A stretch of 64,000 nucleotides of DNA from an uncultured Ulvibacter sp. (GTDB taxonomy: Bacteria; Bacteroidota; Bacteroidia; Flavobacteriales; Flavobacteriaceae), in the NCBI GenBank assembly GCA_938041335.1, contig CALIAF010000005.1, forward strand, positions 25-64,024, in the 5' to 3' direction. Numbering within the stretch: the first letter of the stretch is position 1; each line of letters begins with the position of its first letter. The position numbers were made by a program, and so were the translations under genes. The notes under the pieces were generated by a model. The model worked only from the letters and a program-made list of their open reading frames with translations, searched no databases and had not been told where the DNA came from. Shown piece by piece: positions 1 through 7,871 of this stretch.

Positions 1-1341
1 TAATGATATTCCATATTTTCGACCTTCTTTGGCAATCCGTTCAAAACTTTGTAAACCTTTCGCTTCTATACTTCCTTTTGGGTCAGCCGGAATATACAAA
101 TGTGCTTCATCACAAAATAAAGCAATTGGATGTCTTTTATCTACCTCCATCCATTGTTGTATTGAAAACACTAATCTACCAATCAAGCCAGTTATTAGGG
201 GCAGTATGTCCGAAGGAACTTCTGAAAAATCAATAATTTTCAATCCTTTTTCATTACCAAAATCAAGGAGATTCTTAACAAGAGAAACAAACCAATCGTA
301 TTGTAATAATTCATCTTCAGAATTAAAAATGAAATTCAATCTTTTATCTGATTGTTTACTCTTTAATCGTTGTATAAATCGAGTTAATTTTCCGTGCAAA
401 GGACCTTGTTTTTCACTTCTTGCACCCGGAACCATTTCTGAGTCTTTTGCTTCAAGATCAGACAATACCATTTTAATGTTGTAGGGGATTGGGCTTTCAA
501 CAGTAAAATTATTTAACACTTCTTGTTGGTCTTCTTCTTCTAGTTTTTCTTTTTTATATTTTATAATTAAATCAAATAAAGCTCTTGATTGATTCGGAGC
601 ATTACTATCACTTCTGTCCAAGAGCATTGATTCAATCTCTTCATAAGATAATAGCCAATAAGGTAAAAACATAACATTTTCATCTGTTGGCATGTCAGAT
701 GGACCTGCAATTTTTAATAGTGTAGTGTTTTTTAATTTTGCTAAAGGCTTATATTCTCCATGTAAATCGAAAACAACACTATTAATGGATTTCAATTTAG
801 TAGCTTTTTCTAGGATGTTCGCAACTGTCCAAGATTTACCTGAACCGGTTCCACCTACAATTACTGCATGCCTTTGAAAGAATTTATTACCATCAAGGTT
901 TGCGTCAGATTCCTCTGCTATAGTATATTTTCCAATTTTAAGGGGATTTTCGCTGTTAGAGGAAATTATATTCATAAAAGCAGAAAGCTCGTTACCTTGA
1001 AGTAAAAAACAATCAGCATTTATACTTGGCACTGTATTTAAAGTACGCTTAAAAACATTTTTATCAGTTCCTGATTTTTCAATCAAAGTACCAACTAAAT
1101 TTATTTTTATTAGGTTTTCTATTATAAAATCGGGCTCAGAACTCTCGTCAATTTTATCGGCAACAGCTTTTCGCATTATTTTAGAAATCAGTCCAATGAT
1201 TTTTTCTCCTGTTTTTGTTGAACGAATTTGTACAATTTGATTTATTTGAACATTATTGAGCAGTTCTTCTCTATCAACTTTTATTGATACATTACCCGTA
1301 TCAACGCTTTGTACTTTTCCAATTAAAAATTCTGTTTCCAT
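1..1341 (-). CDS. herA: HerA-like (DUF87/FtsK-HerA) ATPase, 3' end outside the window; not in the ORF track
   Basis: Manual minus-strand translation from ATG at 1341: METEFLIGKVQSVDTGNVSIKV (HAS-barrel-like start), Walker A RHAVIVGGTGSGKS, Walker B LFCDEAHLY, ERIAKEGRKYG; starts 2 nt after the SIR2 stop. Confidence 0.92.
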   Translation of the reverse strand, partial: METEFLIGKVQSVDTGNVSIKVDREELLNNVQINQIVQIRSTKTGEKIIGLISKIMRKAVADKIDESSEPDFIIENLIKINLVGTLIEKSGTDKNVFKRTLNTVPSINADCFLLQGNELSAFMNIISSNSENPLKIGKYTIAEESDANLDGNKFFQRHAVIVGGTGSGKSWTVANILEKATKLKSINSVVFDLHGEYKPLAKLKNTTLLKIAGPSDMPTDENVMFLPYWLLSYEEIESMLLDRSDSNAPNQSRALFDLIIKYKKEKLEEEDQQEVLNNFTVESPIPYNIKMVLSDLEAKDSEMVPGARSEKQGPLHGKLTRFIQRLKSKQSDKRLNFIFNSEDELLQYDWFVSLVKNLLDFGNEKGLKIIDFSEVPSDILPLITGLIGRLVFSIQQWMEVDKRHPIALFCDEAHLYIPADPKGSIEAKGLQSFERIAKEGRKYGISL

Positions 1342-1343
1342 AA

Positions 1344-2309
1344 TTATAATATTTCCATAAATTCATTCAGTTGCCAAAAATTCCCTTCAATTATTTCTAC
1401 TATTTGTTCAGTTGAGTTATTTTCTTTATAAATTACTCTCGTTTTTCCAATGTCAGCTTCTTCAAACAATATATACTTTTCTGCATTTTTTAATTCTTTA
1501 AAAGTATTTGGAGAAATCTCTTTTGTTATTAGAACAATAGGAATACCTTTTTTAACATTGTTTTCAATTCTTGGGGTTAAATGCTTATCGTTAAAACCAA
1601 AACCTACAACAAGAAAACTTAAGGCATTATTGATTAGAACATCCGACTTTTGTATTAATTCCCTATATGGCAGATTGTAAGTTTCTTCAAATTTGTTTTT
1701 ACTCGGCACAACAATTTGAGGCAATTCAGTTACTGTCTGACTTGAGAAATAGCGAATTTCTCCATTTACATTAAACCAATTTAAGGAGCCGTGAACTTTC
1801 ACAAGGTTTACAATATTTGCGTCTTTAAAATTGGTTTCATTGAAAATTGATAATGTTTTGCCTTCAAAACCATCAGTAAAGTCTATACATTGATGAGCCA
1901 ATAAATGTTCTAATACTCTATCATAATTCGTTGTAACTATGTTGAGAACTCTGGGGTGTGCTTCAATAAATTTTTTAACCATCAATTTGATGCCGTTGAA
2001 ATCATTTGTATCATTGACAATAATTTTTTTTAGAACTAATACATCAGCATTGTTTACCTCATTCCATATCGTCTTTTTTATTTGAGGTAATTTCTCTTGA
2101 TACTTTTCTTTACCCAGCTCATCTTCTAAATTATCATTTGAAATATCAAAATCTTTAATTTCTTTTTTTAAAACCTCATTTAAATCCTGCATACTTGGTA
2201 ATCCAAAAGAAATCGTTGCTCCAGAACCCCAAACGATTAACGGTGGGTTTTTCAAGAAAGCTTGCACAATTTTGAAGATTTTTTCCTGGATATCTTCTTG
2301 TTTCTTCAT
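1344..2309 (-). CDS. SIR2-like (SIR2_2) NADase, effector of a SIR2-HerA defence pair
   Basis: Motifs WGSGATISFGLPSM, IVTTNYD, KVHGSLNW, IVVPSKNK, FLVVGFGFNDKHL. Confidence 0.9.
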   Translation of the reverse strand: MKKQEDIQEKIFKIVQAFLKNPPLIVWGSGATISFGLPSMQDLNEVLKKEIKDFDISNDNLEDELGKEKYQEKLPQIKKTIWNEVNNADVLVLKKIIVNDTNDFNGIKLMVKKFIEAHPRVLNIVTTNYDRVLEHLLAHQCIDFTDGFEGKTLSIFNETNFKDANIVNLVKVHGSLNWFNVNGEIRYFSSQTVTELPQIVVPSKNKFEETYNLPYRELIQKSDVLINNALSFLVVGFGFNDKHLTPRIENNVKKGIPIVLITKEISPNTFKELKNAEKYILFEEADIGKTRVIYKENNSTEQIVEIIEGNFWQLNEFMEIL

Positions 2310-2523
2310 TTTGCAGTTTGTTTTATTTTATCTACTACGCGATTTTCACCCGATTTTATCTAACATAAAACGTCACCTCTTAGGTGCTATGCAAATCCAT
2401 CTTGGTTACCCACCAAATATACCATAACCCCATCCGCTATGGTATAGGTATTTACCCCTATTTTTCAACAATACACAAATATCCCCTCTAACCCCCACTC
2501 CCAAAAATCTCAACAATTTTTAA

Positions 2524-2547
2524 ATTTACTATGCACGCATAGTAAAT
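2524..2547. promoter_or_regulatory. Palindromic operator, probable MarR autoregulatory site
   Basis: ATTTACTATGC-AC-GCATAGTAAAT (perfect 11-bp arms), 6 nt upstream of the -7 box TATCTTTG. Confidence 0.75.
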
Positions 2548-2553
2548 AATCAC

Positions 2554-2561
2554 TATCTTTG
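2554..2561 (+). promoter_or_regulatory. Bacteroidota housekeeping -7 promoter element of the marR-fad operon
   Basis: TATCTTTG matches TAnnTTTG, 22 nt before the marR start. Confidence 0.7.
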
Positions 2562-2583
2562 AATTTCGATTAAAAAGTTTCCC

Positions 2584-3042
2584 TTGAAAGAAAAAACAAT
2601 AGATTATATATTACGTAGCACTTGGATGGCGGTACAGAAAATGTACAATGAAGAAGCCGGCAGAAAAGGCAGTACGATGGCTACTGGTTTTGCACTGGTA
2701 AGTATCGATCCAGAAGAAGGTACGCCTTCTACCGCATTAGGCCCTAAAATGGGGATGGAAGCCACTTCCCTATCGCGTACCCTTAAAAAAATGGAAGAGC
2801 AAGGCTTAATCGTCCGCAAGCCCAACCCTAACGATGGTCGTGGCGTACTCATCCACCTCACGCCTTTTGGTGTGGAGATGCGCGAATTCTCTAAGAGCGT
2901 GGTCTTTAGTTTTGACGAGGCGGTAAAAGAGAACATTTCAGAAGAAGAAATAAGAATATTTAAAAAAGTTGCTGGGCAGATGATGGAGTTGATTAGTGAT
3001 AAGAAGATTTATAAGAATCAGGAATTAGGGATTAGGAACTAG
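2584..3042 (+). CDS. MarR-family transcriptional regulator of the fad operon
   Basis: wHTH motif TSLSRTLKKMEEQGLIVRKPNPNDGRGVLIHLTPFG; TTG start. Confidence 0.92.
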   Translation: MKEKTIDYILRSTWMAVQKMYNEEAGRKGSTMATGFALVSIDPEEGTPSTALGPKMGMEATSLSRTLKKMEEQGLIVRKPNPNDGRGVLIHLTPFGVEMREFSKSVVFSFDEAVKENISEEEIRIFKKVAGQMMELISDKKIYKNQELGIRN

Positions 3043-3047
3043 GGATT
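3020..3047 (+). repeat. Heptamer tract (AGGRAYT)x4 overlapping the marR 3' end
   Basis: AGGAATT AGGGATT AGGAACT AGGGATT; encodes the terminal ELGIRN. Confidence 0.8.
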
Positions 3048-3063
3048 AGTAAAAAGCAGAAAG

Positions 3064-3291
3064 AGATAAAATATTTCCTTCGGAAATAGGCTTGATTGAA
3101 GCACATTTCAGAAGAAAAAAAAATAGCTCAATTAGACGGCACCCTTTAGGGCCGGGGTGAGCACTAATAAAAAGTAGAAAGTATTAAGATAAAATATTTC
3201 CTTCGGAAATAGGCTTGATTGAAGCACATTTCAGAAGAGAAAAAGAATAAAAAATTAAAGTCCAAGTAGACGGCACCCTTTAGGGCCGGGG
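3064..3291. repeat. Tandem duplicated intergenic unit (52-bp and 25-bp identical blocks, each with a hairpin)
   Basis: 3064-3115 = 3187-3238; 3133-3157 = 3267-3291; hairpins TATTTCC-TTC-GGAAATA and CGGCACCCTTTAGGGCCG. Confidence 0.9.
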
Positions 3292-3326
3292 CAAGAAGAA
3301 TATAAAAACAATACATAATTAAGAAT

Positions 3327-5735
3327 ATGTCAAAACGAAGAATTAATAAAGTAGCCGTAATAGGTTCGGGAATTATGGGAAGCGGGATCGCTTGTCATTT
3401 TGCAAACATTGGCGTGGAGGTATTGCTCCTCGATATCATTCCACGTGAATTAAGCGATAAAGAAAAAGCGAAAGGCTTAACCCTAGAAGATAAAGTAGTG
3501 CGCAACCGTATGGTAAACGACGCATTAACGGCTTCTATAAAATCTAAGCCCGCTCCTTTATATAACACCGAGTTTGCAAAACGCATTACTACGGGGAACC
3601 TGACCGATGATATCGCGAAAGTAGGATCTGTAGATTGGATTATCGAGGTGGTCGTAGAGCGTCTTGATATTAAGCAGCAGGTTTTCGAAAACCTAGAAAA
3701 GCACAGAACACCAGGAACCTTGATTACATCAAACACCTCTGGGATTCCTATAAAATTTATGAGCGAAGGGCGTAGTGAAGATTTCCAGAAGCATTTCTGT
3801 GGAACGCACTTCTTTAACCCACCGCGTTATTTAAAATTATTTGAAATCATCCCTGGACCAAAAACAGCTCCTGAGGTTTTAGATTTCTTTAATAGCTATG
3901 GCGAACAGTTTTTAGGTAAGACCACCGTGGTCGCTAAAGACACGCCTGCCTTTATTGGTAACCGTGTTGGGATCTTCTCTATTATGAGTTTATTCCACGC
4001 CGTTAAAGAAATGGGATTAACCGTAGAAGAAGTAGACAAATTATCTGGACCGGTAATCGGTAGGCCTAAGTCGGCCACCTTTCGTACCGTAGATGTGGTA
4101 GGTTTGGATACTTTAGTACACGTAGCCAACGGGATTCGTGAAAACTGCCCGAAAGACGAGCGTGCTTCTTTATTTGAGCTGCCTGCATTCATCAATACGA
4201 TGATGGAGAACAAATGGCTAGGATCTAAAACAGGACAAGGTTTTTATAAGAAGACTAAAAATGCCGAGGGTAAGACCGAAATTCTAGGTCTTGACTTAGA
4301 CACCTTAGAATACAGAGCGGGTAAAAAAGCAAAGTTTGCCACATTAGAATTAACAAAAACCGTTGATAATGTAGCAGACCGCTTCCCTATCCTTGTTAAA
4401 GGAAAAGACAGAGCTGGTGAGTTTTATAGAAAGTCATTCGCTTCTTTATTTGCATACGTAACCAATCGTATTCCTGAAATATCTGACGAGTTGTACAAGA
4501 TTGATGATGCGATGAAAGCTGGTTTTGGTTGGCAACACGGGCCGTTCCAGATTTGGGATGCCATAGGCGTTGAAAAAGGAATCGAAATCATGAAAGCAGA
4601 AGGACTTGAGCCTGACGCTTGGGTGAACGATATGATCGCGAGTGGTGTGACTTCTTTTTACTCAGTAAAAGATGGCGCAACCTATTTCTACGACATTGCT
4701 AAAAAGGAACAAGTTAAAGTACCAGGACAAGATGCCTTTATCATTCTTGATAATGTACGTAAGACCACCGAAGTATTTAAAAACAGTGGTGTATCTGTAC
4801 AAGATTTGGGCGATGGGATCTTAAATGTAGAATTCCGCAGTAAAATGAACTCCATTGGAGGTGATGTGCTTGCAGGAATCAACAAAGCCATTGACTTAGC
4901 AGAAGATAAATATGACGGTTTAGTGATCGGAAACCAAGGCGCTAACTTCTCTGTTGGTGCAAACATAGGAATGATCTTTATGATGGCCGCAGAGCAAGAA
5001 TACGACGAACTAAACGCTGCTGTAAAGTATTTTCAAGATACGGTAATGCGTTTGCGCTACTCTTCTATCCCAACCGTAATGGCTCCTCACGGGATGACCT
5101 TAGGGGGTGGTTGTGAGTTGACATTACACGCAGATCGCGTGGTTGCCGCAGCAGAGAGTTATATAGGTCTGGTAGAATTTGGTGTCGGTGTGATTCCAGG
5201 TGGTGGTGGTTCTAAAGAAATGGCTTTACGTGCCAGTGATATGTTCCAAAAAGGAGATGTAGAGCTCAACGTATTACAAGAGCATTTCTTAACCATAGGT
5301 ATGGCAAAGGTTTCTACCTCTGCGCACGAAGCATACGACCTTGACATTTTAAAGCCAGGAAAAGATATCGTAGTCGTAAATACCAATCGCCAGATTGCAA
5401 CCGCGAAAGCCGTAGCAAGACAAATGGCAGATATGGGCTACACGAAACCAGCACCTAGAAACGATGTGAAAGTATTAGGAAAGCAAGCCCTAGGGATGTT
5501 CTTAGTAGGAACAGACTCCATGAACGCCAGTAAATACATAAGTGAGCACGATCAGAAAATCGCCAACAAACTAGCCTACGTAATGGCCGGTGGGGATTTA
5601 AGTGAACCACAACTGGTAAGCGAGCAATACTTGTTAGACCTAGAGCGCGAAGCATTCTTGAGCTTAACGGGAGAGCGTAAGACCTTGGAGCGACTTCAGC
5701 ATATGATACAGAAGGGGAAACCTTTGCGTAACTAG
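3327..5735 (+). CDS. fadN: 3-hydroxyacyl-CoA dehydrogenase / enoyl-CoA hydratase (FadN-like)
   Basis: GSGIMGSG Rossmann motif, SNTSG, HFFNPP, C-terminal crotonase GGGCE...GLVEFGVGVIPGGGG. Confidence 0.93.
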   Translation: MSKRRINKVAVIGSGIMGSGIACHFANIGVEVLLLDIIPRELSDKEKAKGLTLEDKVVRNRMVNDALTASIKSKPAPLYNTEFAKRITTGNLTDDIAKVGSVDWIIEVVVERLDIKQQVFENLEKHRTPGTLITSNTSGIPIKFMSEGRSEDFQKHFCGTHFFNPPRYLKLFEIIPGPKTAPEVLDFFNSYGEQFLGKTTVVAKDTPAFIGNRVGIFSIMSLFHAVKEMGLTVEEVDKLSGPVIGRPKSATFRTVDVVGLDTLVHVANGIRENCPKDERASLFELPAFINTMMENKWLGSKTGQGFYKKTKNAEGKTEILGLDLDTLEYRAGKKAKFATLELTKTVDNVADRFPILVKGKDRAGEFYRKSFASLFAYVTNRIPEISDELYKIDDAMKAGFGWQHGPFQIWDAIGVEKGIEIMKAEGLEPDAWVNDMIASGVTSFYSVKDGATYFYDIAKKEQVKVPGQDAFIILDNVRKTTEVFKNSGVSVQDLGDGILNVEFRSKMNSIGGDVLAGINKAIDLAEDKYDGLVIGNQGANFSVGANIGMIFMMAAEQEYDELNAAVKYFQDTVMRLRYSSIPTVMAPHGMTLGGGCELTLHADRVVAAAESYIGLVEFGVGVIPGGGGSKEMALRASDMFQKGDVELNVLQEHFLTIGMAKVSTSAHEAYDLDILKPGKDIVVVNTNRQIATAKAVARQMADMGYTKPAPRNDVKVLGKQALGMFLVGTDSMNASKYISEHDQKIANKLAYVMAGGDLSEPQLVSEQYLLDLEREAFLSLTGERKTLERLQHMIQKGKPLRN

Positions 5736-5743
5736 TTGTAGAG

Positions 5744-5793
5744 GACGTAGGACTTTTTTGCTTTACAGCAAAAATGACTTACGATGTACGACT
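5744..5793 (+). repeat. Opening GAC-heptamer tract upstream of the four-helix-bundle gene
   Basis: GACGTAG GAC ... GACTTAC GATGTAC GACT; 5776-5793 is reverse-complementary to 6178-6195 at 16/18 positions. Confidence 0.8.
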
Positions 5794-5813
5794 AAATTTT
5801 TAAGTGAAATAAT

Positions 5814-6179
5814 ATGGGAGCAAGACACAATTTTAGGAAACTGACTATTTGGAAAGAAGGGATAGAAATCGCTAAGGACACCTATGCTAACACCAAGCTT
5901 TTTCCTAAATCTGAAATGTACGGTTTAAGCAGTCAAATGCAACGCTGTGCTGTTTCAATCCCATCAAATATTGCTGAAGGAACATCACGTAATACAGATA
6001 AACACTTCAAACAATTTTTAGAAACCGCTTTAGGTTCTGCTTTCGAATGGGAAACACAATTAATAATTTCTTTTGAAATTGGATACATATCACAAGAAAC
6101 GTTCACACATTTAGAGAATAAAATACAGAGAATTCAAGGTATGATTACGAATTTTATTAATAATCTTCAAATCAAGTAG
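5814..6179 (+). CDS. Four-helix-bundle protein (23S rRNA IVS / bAvd-like family)
   Basis: HNFRKLTIWKEG...FPKSEMYGLSSQMQRCAVSIPSNIAEG...ALGSAFEWETQLIIS. Confidence 0.92.
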   Translation: MGARHNFRKLTIWKEGIEIAKDTYANTKLFPKSEMYGLSSQMQRCAVSIPSNIAEGTSRNTDKHFKQFLETALGSAFEWETQLIISFEIGYISQETFTHLENKIQRIQGMITNFINNLQIK

Positions 6180-6210
6180 TCGTAAATCGTACGTCGTACC
6201 GTCATAAGTC
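6178..6210 (-). repeat. Closing (inverted) GTC-heptamer tract
   Basis: AGTCGTAAATCGTACGTCGTACCGTCATAAGTC is the reverse complement of GACNTAC-type units. Confidence 0.85.
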
Positions 6211-6222
6211 AAAAATAAAATT

Positions 6223-7413
6223 ATGAAAACAGCATATATAGTAAAAGCATACAGAACTGCCGTAGGGAAAGCAGGAAGAGGAGGATTTCGTTTTAAAAGA
6301 GCCGATGAGCTTGCTGCGGAAACGATCCAACATTTAATGAAGGAGCTACCTAATTTAGATCCTAAACGAATTGATGATGTGATTGTGGGTAACGCAATGC
6401 CTGAAGGTTCGCAAGGATTAAACATGGCACGTCTCATCTCTTTAATGGGATTAGAGATTGTGGATGTTCCTGGAGTAACCGTTAACCGTTTCTGTTCTTC
6501 TGGACTAGAAACCATAGGTATGGCCGTAGCAAAAATACAAAGCGGAATGGCAGAGTGTATTCTTGCCGGTGGTGCAGAATCTATGTCTAGTGTACCAATG
6601 ACTGGTTTTAAACCAGAATTGAACTACGATATCGTAAAAGCAGGACACGAAGATTATTACTGGGGTATGGGAAATACCGCAGAAGCCGTAGCAGAACAAT
6701 TTAACGTAACGCGTGAAGAACAAGATCAGTTCGCTTATGAAAGCCATATTAAGGCCTTAGCAGCGATTGATAGTGATCGTTTTCAAGATCAGATTGTTCC
6801 TATTAATGTAGACGAGACGTTTATCAACGCTGCAGGTAAAAAAGAAACGAGAACCTACACGGTAACGAAAGACGAAGGGCCACGTAGAGGTTCTACCGTA
6901 GAAGCATTAGCAAGATTACGTCCTGTATTTGCTGCTAACGGAAGTGTGACTGCGGGTAACTCATCACAAACAAGTGATGGTGCTGCCTTTGTAATGGTGA
7001 TGAGTGAGGATATGGTAAAAGAGTTAAATCTGGAACCTATTGCAAGAATGGTAAGCTATGCGGCTATGGGTGTGGAACCTCGTATAATGGGAATTGGTCC
7101 TGTTGCTGCCGTGCCAAAAGCATTAAAGCAAGGTGGATTAAGCCTTAACGACGTAAAACTGATTGAATTAAACGAAGCCTTTGCTTCGCAGTCTGTTGCC
7201 GTAATTAGAGAGCTAGGCATCAACCAAGAAATCACAAACGTAAATGGAGGAGCGATCGCATTAGGTCACCCACTAGGATGTACAGGAGCAAAACTATCGG
7301 TACAGTTATTTGACGAGATGCGTAAGCGTAACATGCAAGGGCAACACGGAATGGTAACGATGTGTGTAGGTACCGGTCAAGGTGCTGCTGGAGTTTTTGA
7401 GTTCCTTAAATAA
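6223..7413 (+). CDS. fadA: Acetyl-CoA C-acyltransferase (thiolase)
   Basis: NRFCSSG catalytic Cys, NEAFASQ, GHPLGCTGA, MCVGTGQG. Confidence 0.95.
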   Translation: MKTAYIVKAYRTAVGKAGRGGFRFKRADELAAETIQHLMKELPNLDPKRIDDVIVGNAMPEGSQGLNMARLISLMGLEIVDVPGVTVNRFCSSGLETIGMAVAKIQSGMAECILAGGAESMSSVPMTGFKPELNYDIVKAGHEDYYWGMGNTAEAVAEQFNVTREEQDQFAYESHIKALAAIDSDRFQDQIVPINVDETFINAAGKKETRTYTVTKDEGPRRGSTVEALARLRPVFAANGSVTAGNSSQTSDGAAFVMVMSEDMVKELNLEPIARMVSYAAMGVEPRIMGIGPVAAVPKALKQGGLSLNDVKLIELNEAFASQSVAVIRELGINQEITNVNGGAIALGHPLGCTGAKLSVQLFDEMRKRNMQGQHGMVTMCVGTGQGAAGVFEFLK

Positions 7414-7417
7414 AAAG

Positions 7418-7527
7418 GACGACTTACGACGGTAGGACGTACGACATTAGGACATACGACGGTACGACTTACGACAGTAGGACTTAGGACAGTACGACTT
7501 AGGACAGTAGGACTTACGACGTACGAC
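7418..7527 (+). repeat. 110-bp opening GAC tract with alternating 7-mer/8-mer units (15-bp higher-order period)
   Basis: GACTTAC GACGGTAG GACGTAC GACATTAG GACATAC GACGGTAC GACTTAC GACAGTAG GACTTAG GACAGTAC GACTTAG GACAGTAG GACTTAC GACGTAC GAC. Confidence 0.95.
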
Positions 7528-7528
7528 T

Positions 7529-7600
7529 TTTAAACATTAAAAAGGTAAAATTCATAAAATCCAAAGTATGATATCAAAATTTATAAGTACTATTTCATAA
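7529..7600 (+). pseudogene. 3' remnant 1 of a four-helix-bundle gene
   Basis: Translates FKH*KGKIHKIQSMISKFISTIS*, aligning to FTHLENKIQRIQGMITNFINNLQ of 5814-6179. Confidence 0.75.
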
Positions 7601-7615
7601 AACGTCATTTTTTTG

Positions 7616-7661
7616 GTCGTAAGTCGTAAGTCGTTTCGTCGTATGTCGTATATCTTATGTC
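7616..7661 (-). repeat. Closing GTC tract after remnant 1
   Basis: GTCGTAAGTCGTAAGTCGTTTCGTCGTATGTCGTATATCTTATGTC. Confidence 0.9.
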
Positions 7662-7672
7662 ATTGACAATCA

Positions 7673-7783
7673 ATAATAGCTTTTGAAATAGTGTAGATTT
7701 CGGAAAAAACATTTAAACATTTAGAAGATAAAATTCATAAAATCCAAAGTATGATCTCAAAATTTATAAGTACTACTTCATAA
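7673..7783 (+). pseudogene. 3' remnant 2 of a four-helix-bundle gene
   Basis: Translates IIAFEIV*ISEKTFKHLEDKIHKIQSMISKFISTTS*, vs IISFEIGYISQETFTHLENKIQRIQGMITNFINNLQ of 5814-6179. Confidence 0.85.
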
Positions 7784-7799
7784 ATCAGTATCACTTTTG

Positions 7800-7832
7800 G
7801 TCGTAAGTCGTTTGTCGTTTCGTCTTATGTCG
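7800..7832 (-). repeat. Closing GTC tract after remnant 2
   Basis: GTCGTAAGTCGTTTGTCGTTTCGTCTTATGTCG followed by TTGACAAT, as after remnant 1. Confidence 0.85.
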
Positions 7833-7871
7833 TTGACAATTAATAAATACAATTAAAATAGTTAGATAATT

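Noticed and set aside
29-877. Plus-strand ORFs 3-236, 29-484 and 692-877
   Set aside because: Antisense shadows of the herA frame, which carries clear Walker motifs
2310-2520. Hairpin (2418-2446) and C-rich stretch upstream of SIR2 as an ncRNA, gene remnant or att site
   Set aside because: Single stem-loop, no second copy in the window, no tRNA-like fold, no sustained reading frame
3064-3291. Repeat-spacer-repeat pattern as a mini CRISPR array
   Set aside because: Only two copies, two different repeat blocks, A-rich spacers, no cas genes
5814-6179. Avd-like gene as part of a diversity-generating retroelement
   Set aside because: No reverse transcriptase and no TR/VR pair with adenine-specific mismatches in the window
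5744-6210. Classical IS element or rRNA intervening sequence
   Set aside because: No transposase motif, no clear target-site duplication, and no rRNA sequence around the gene
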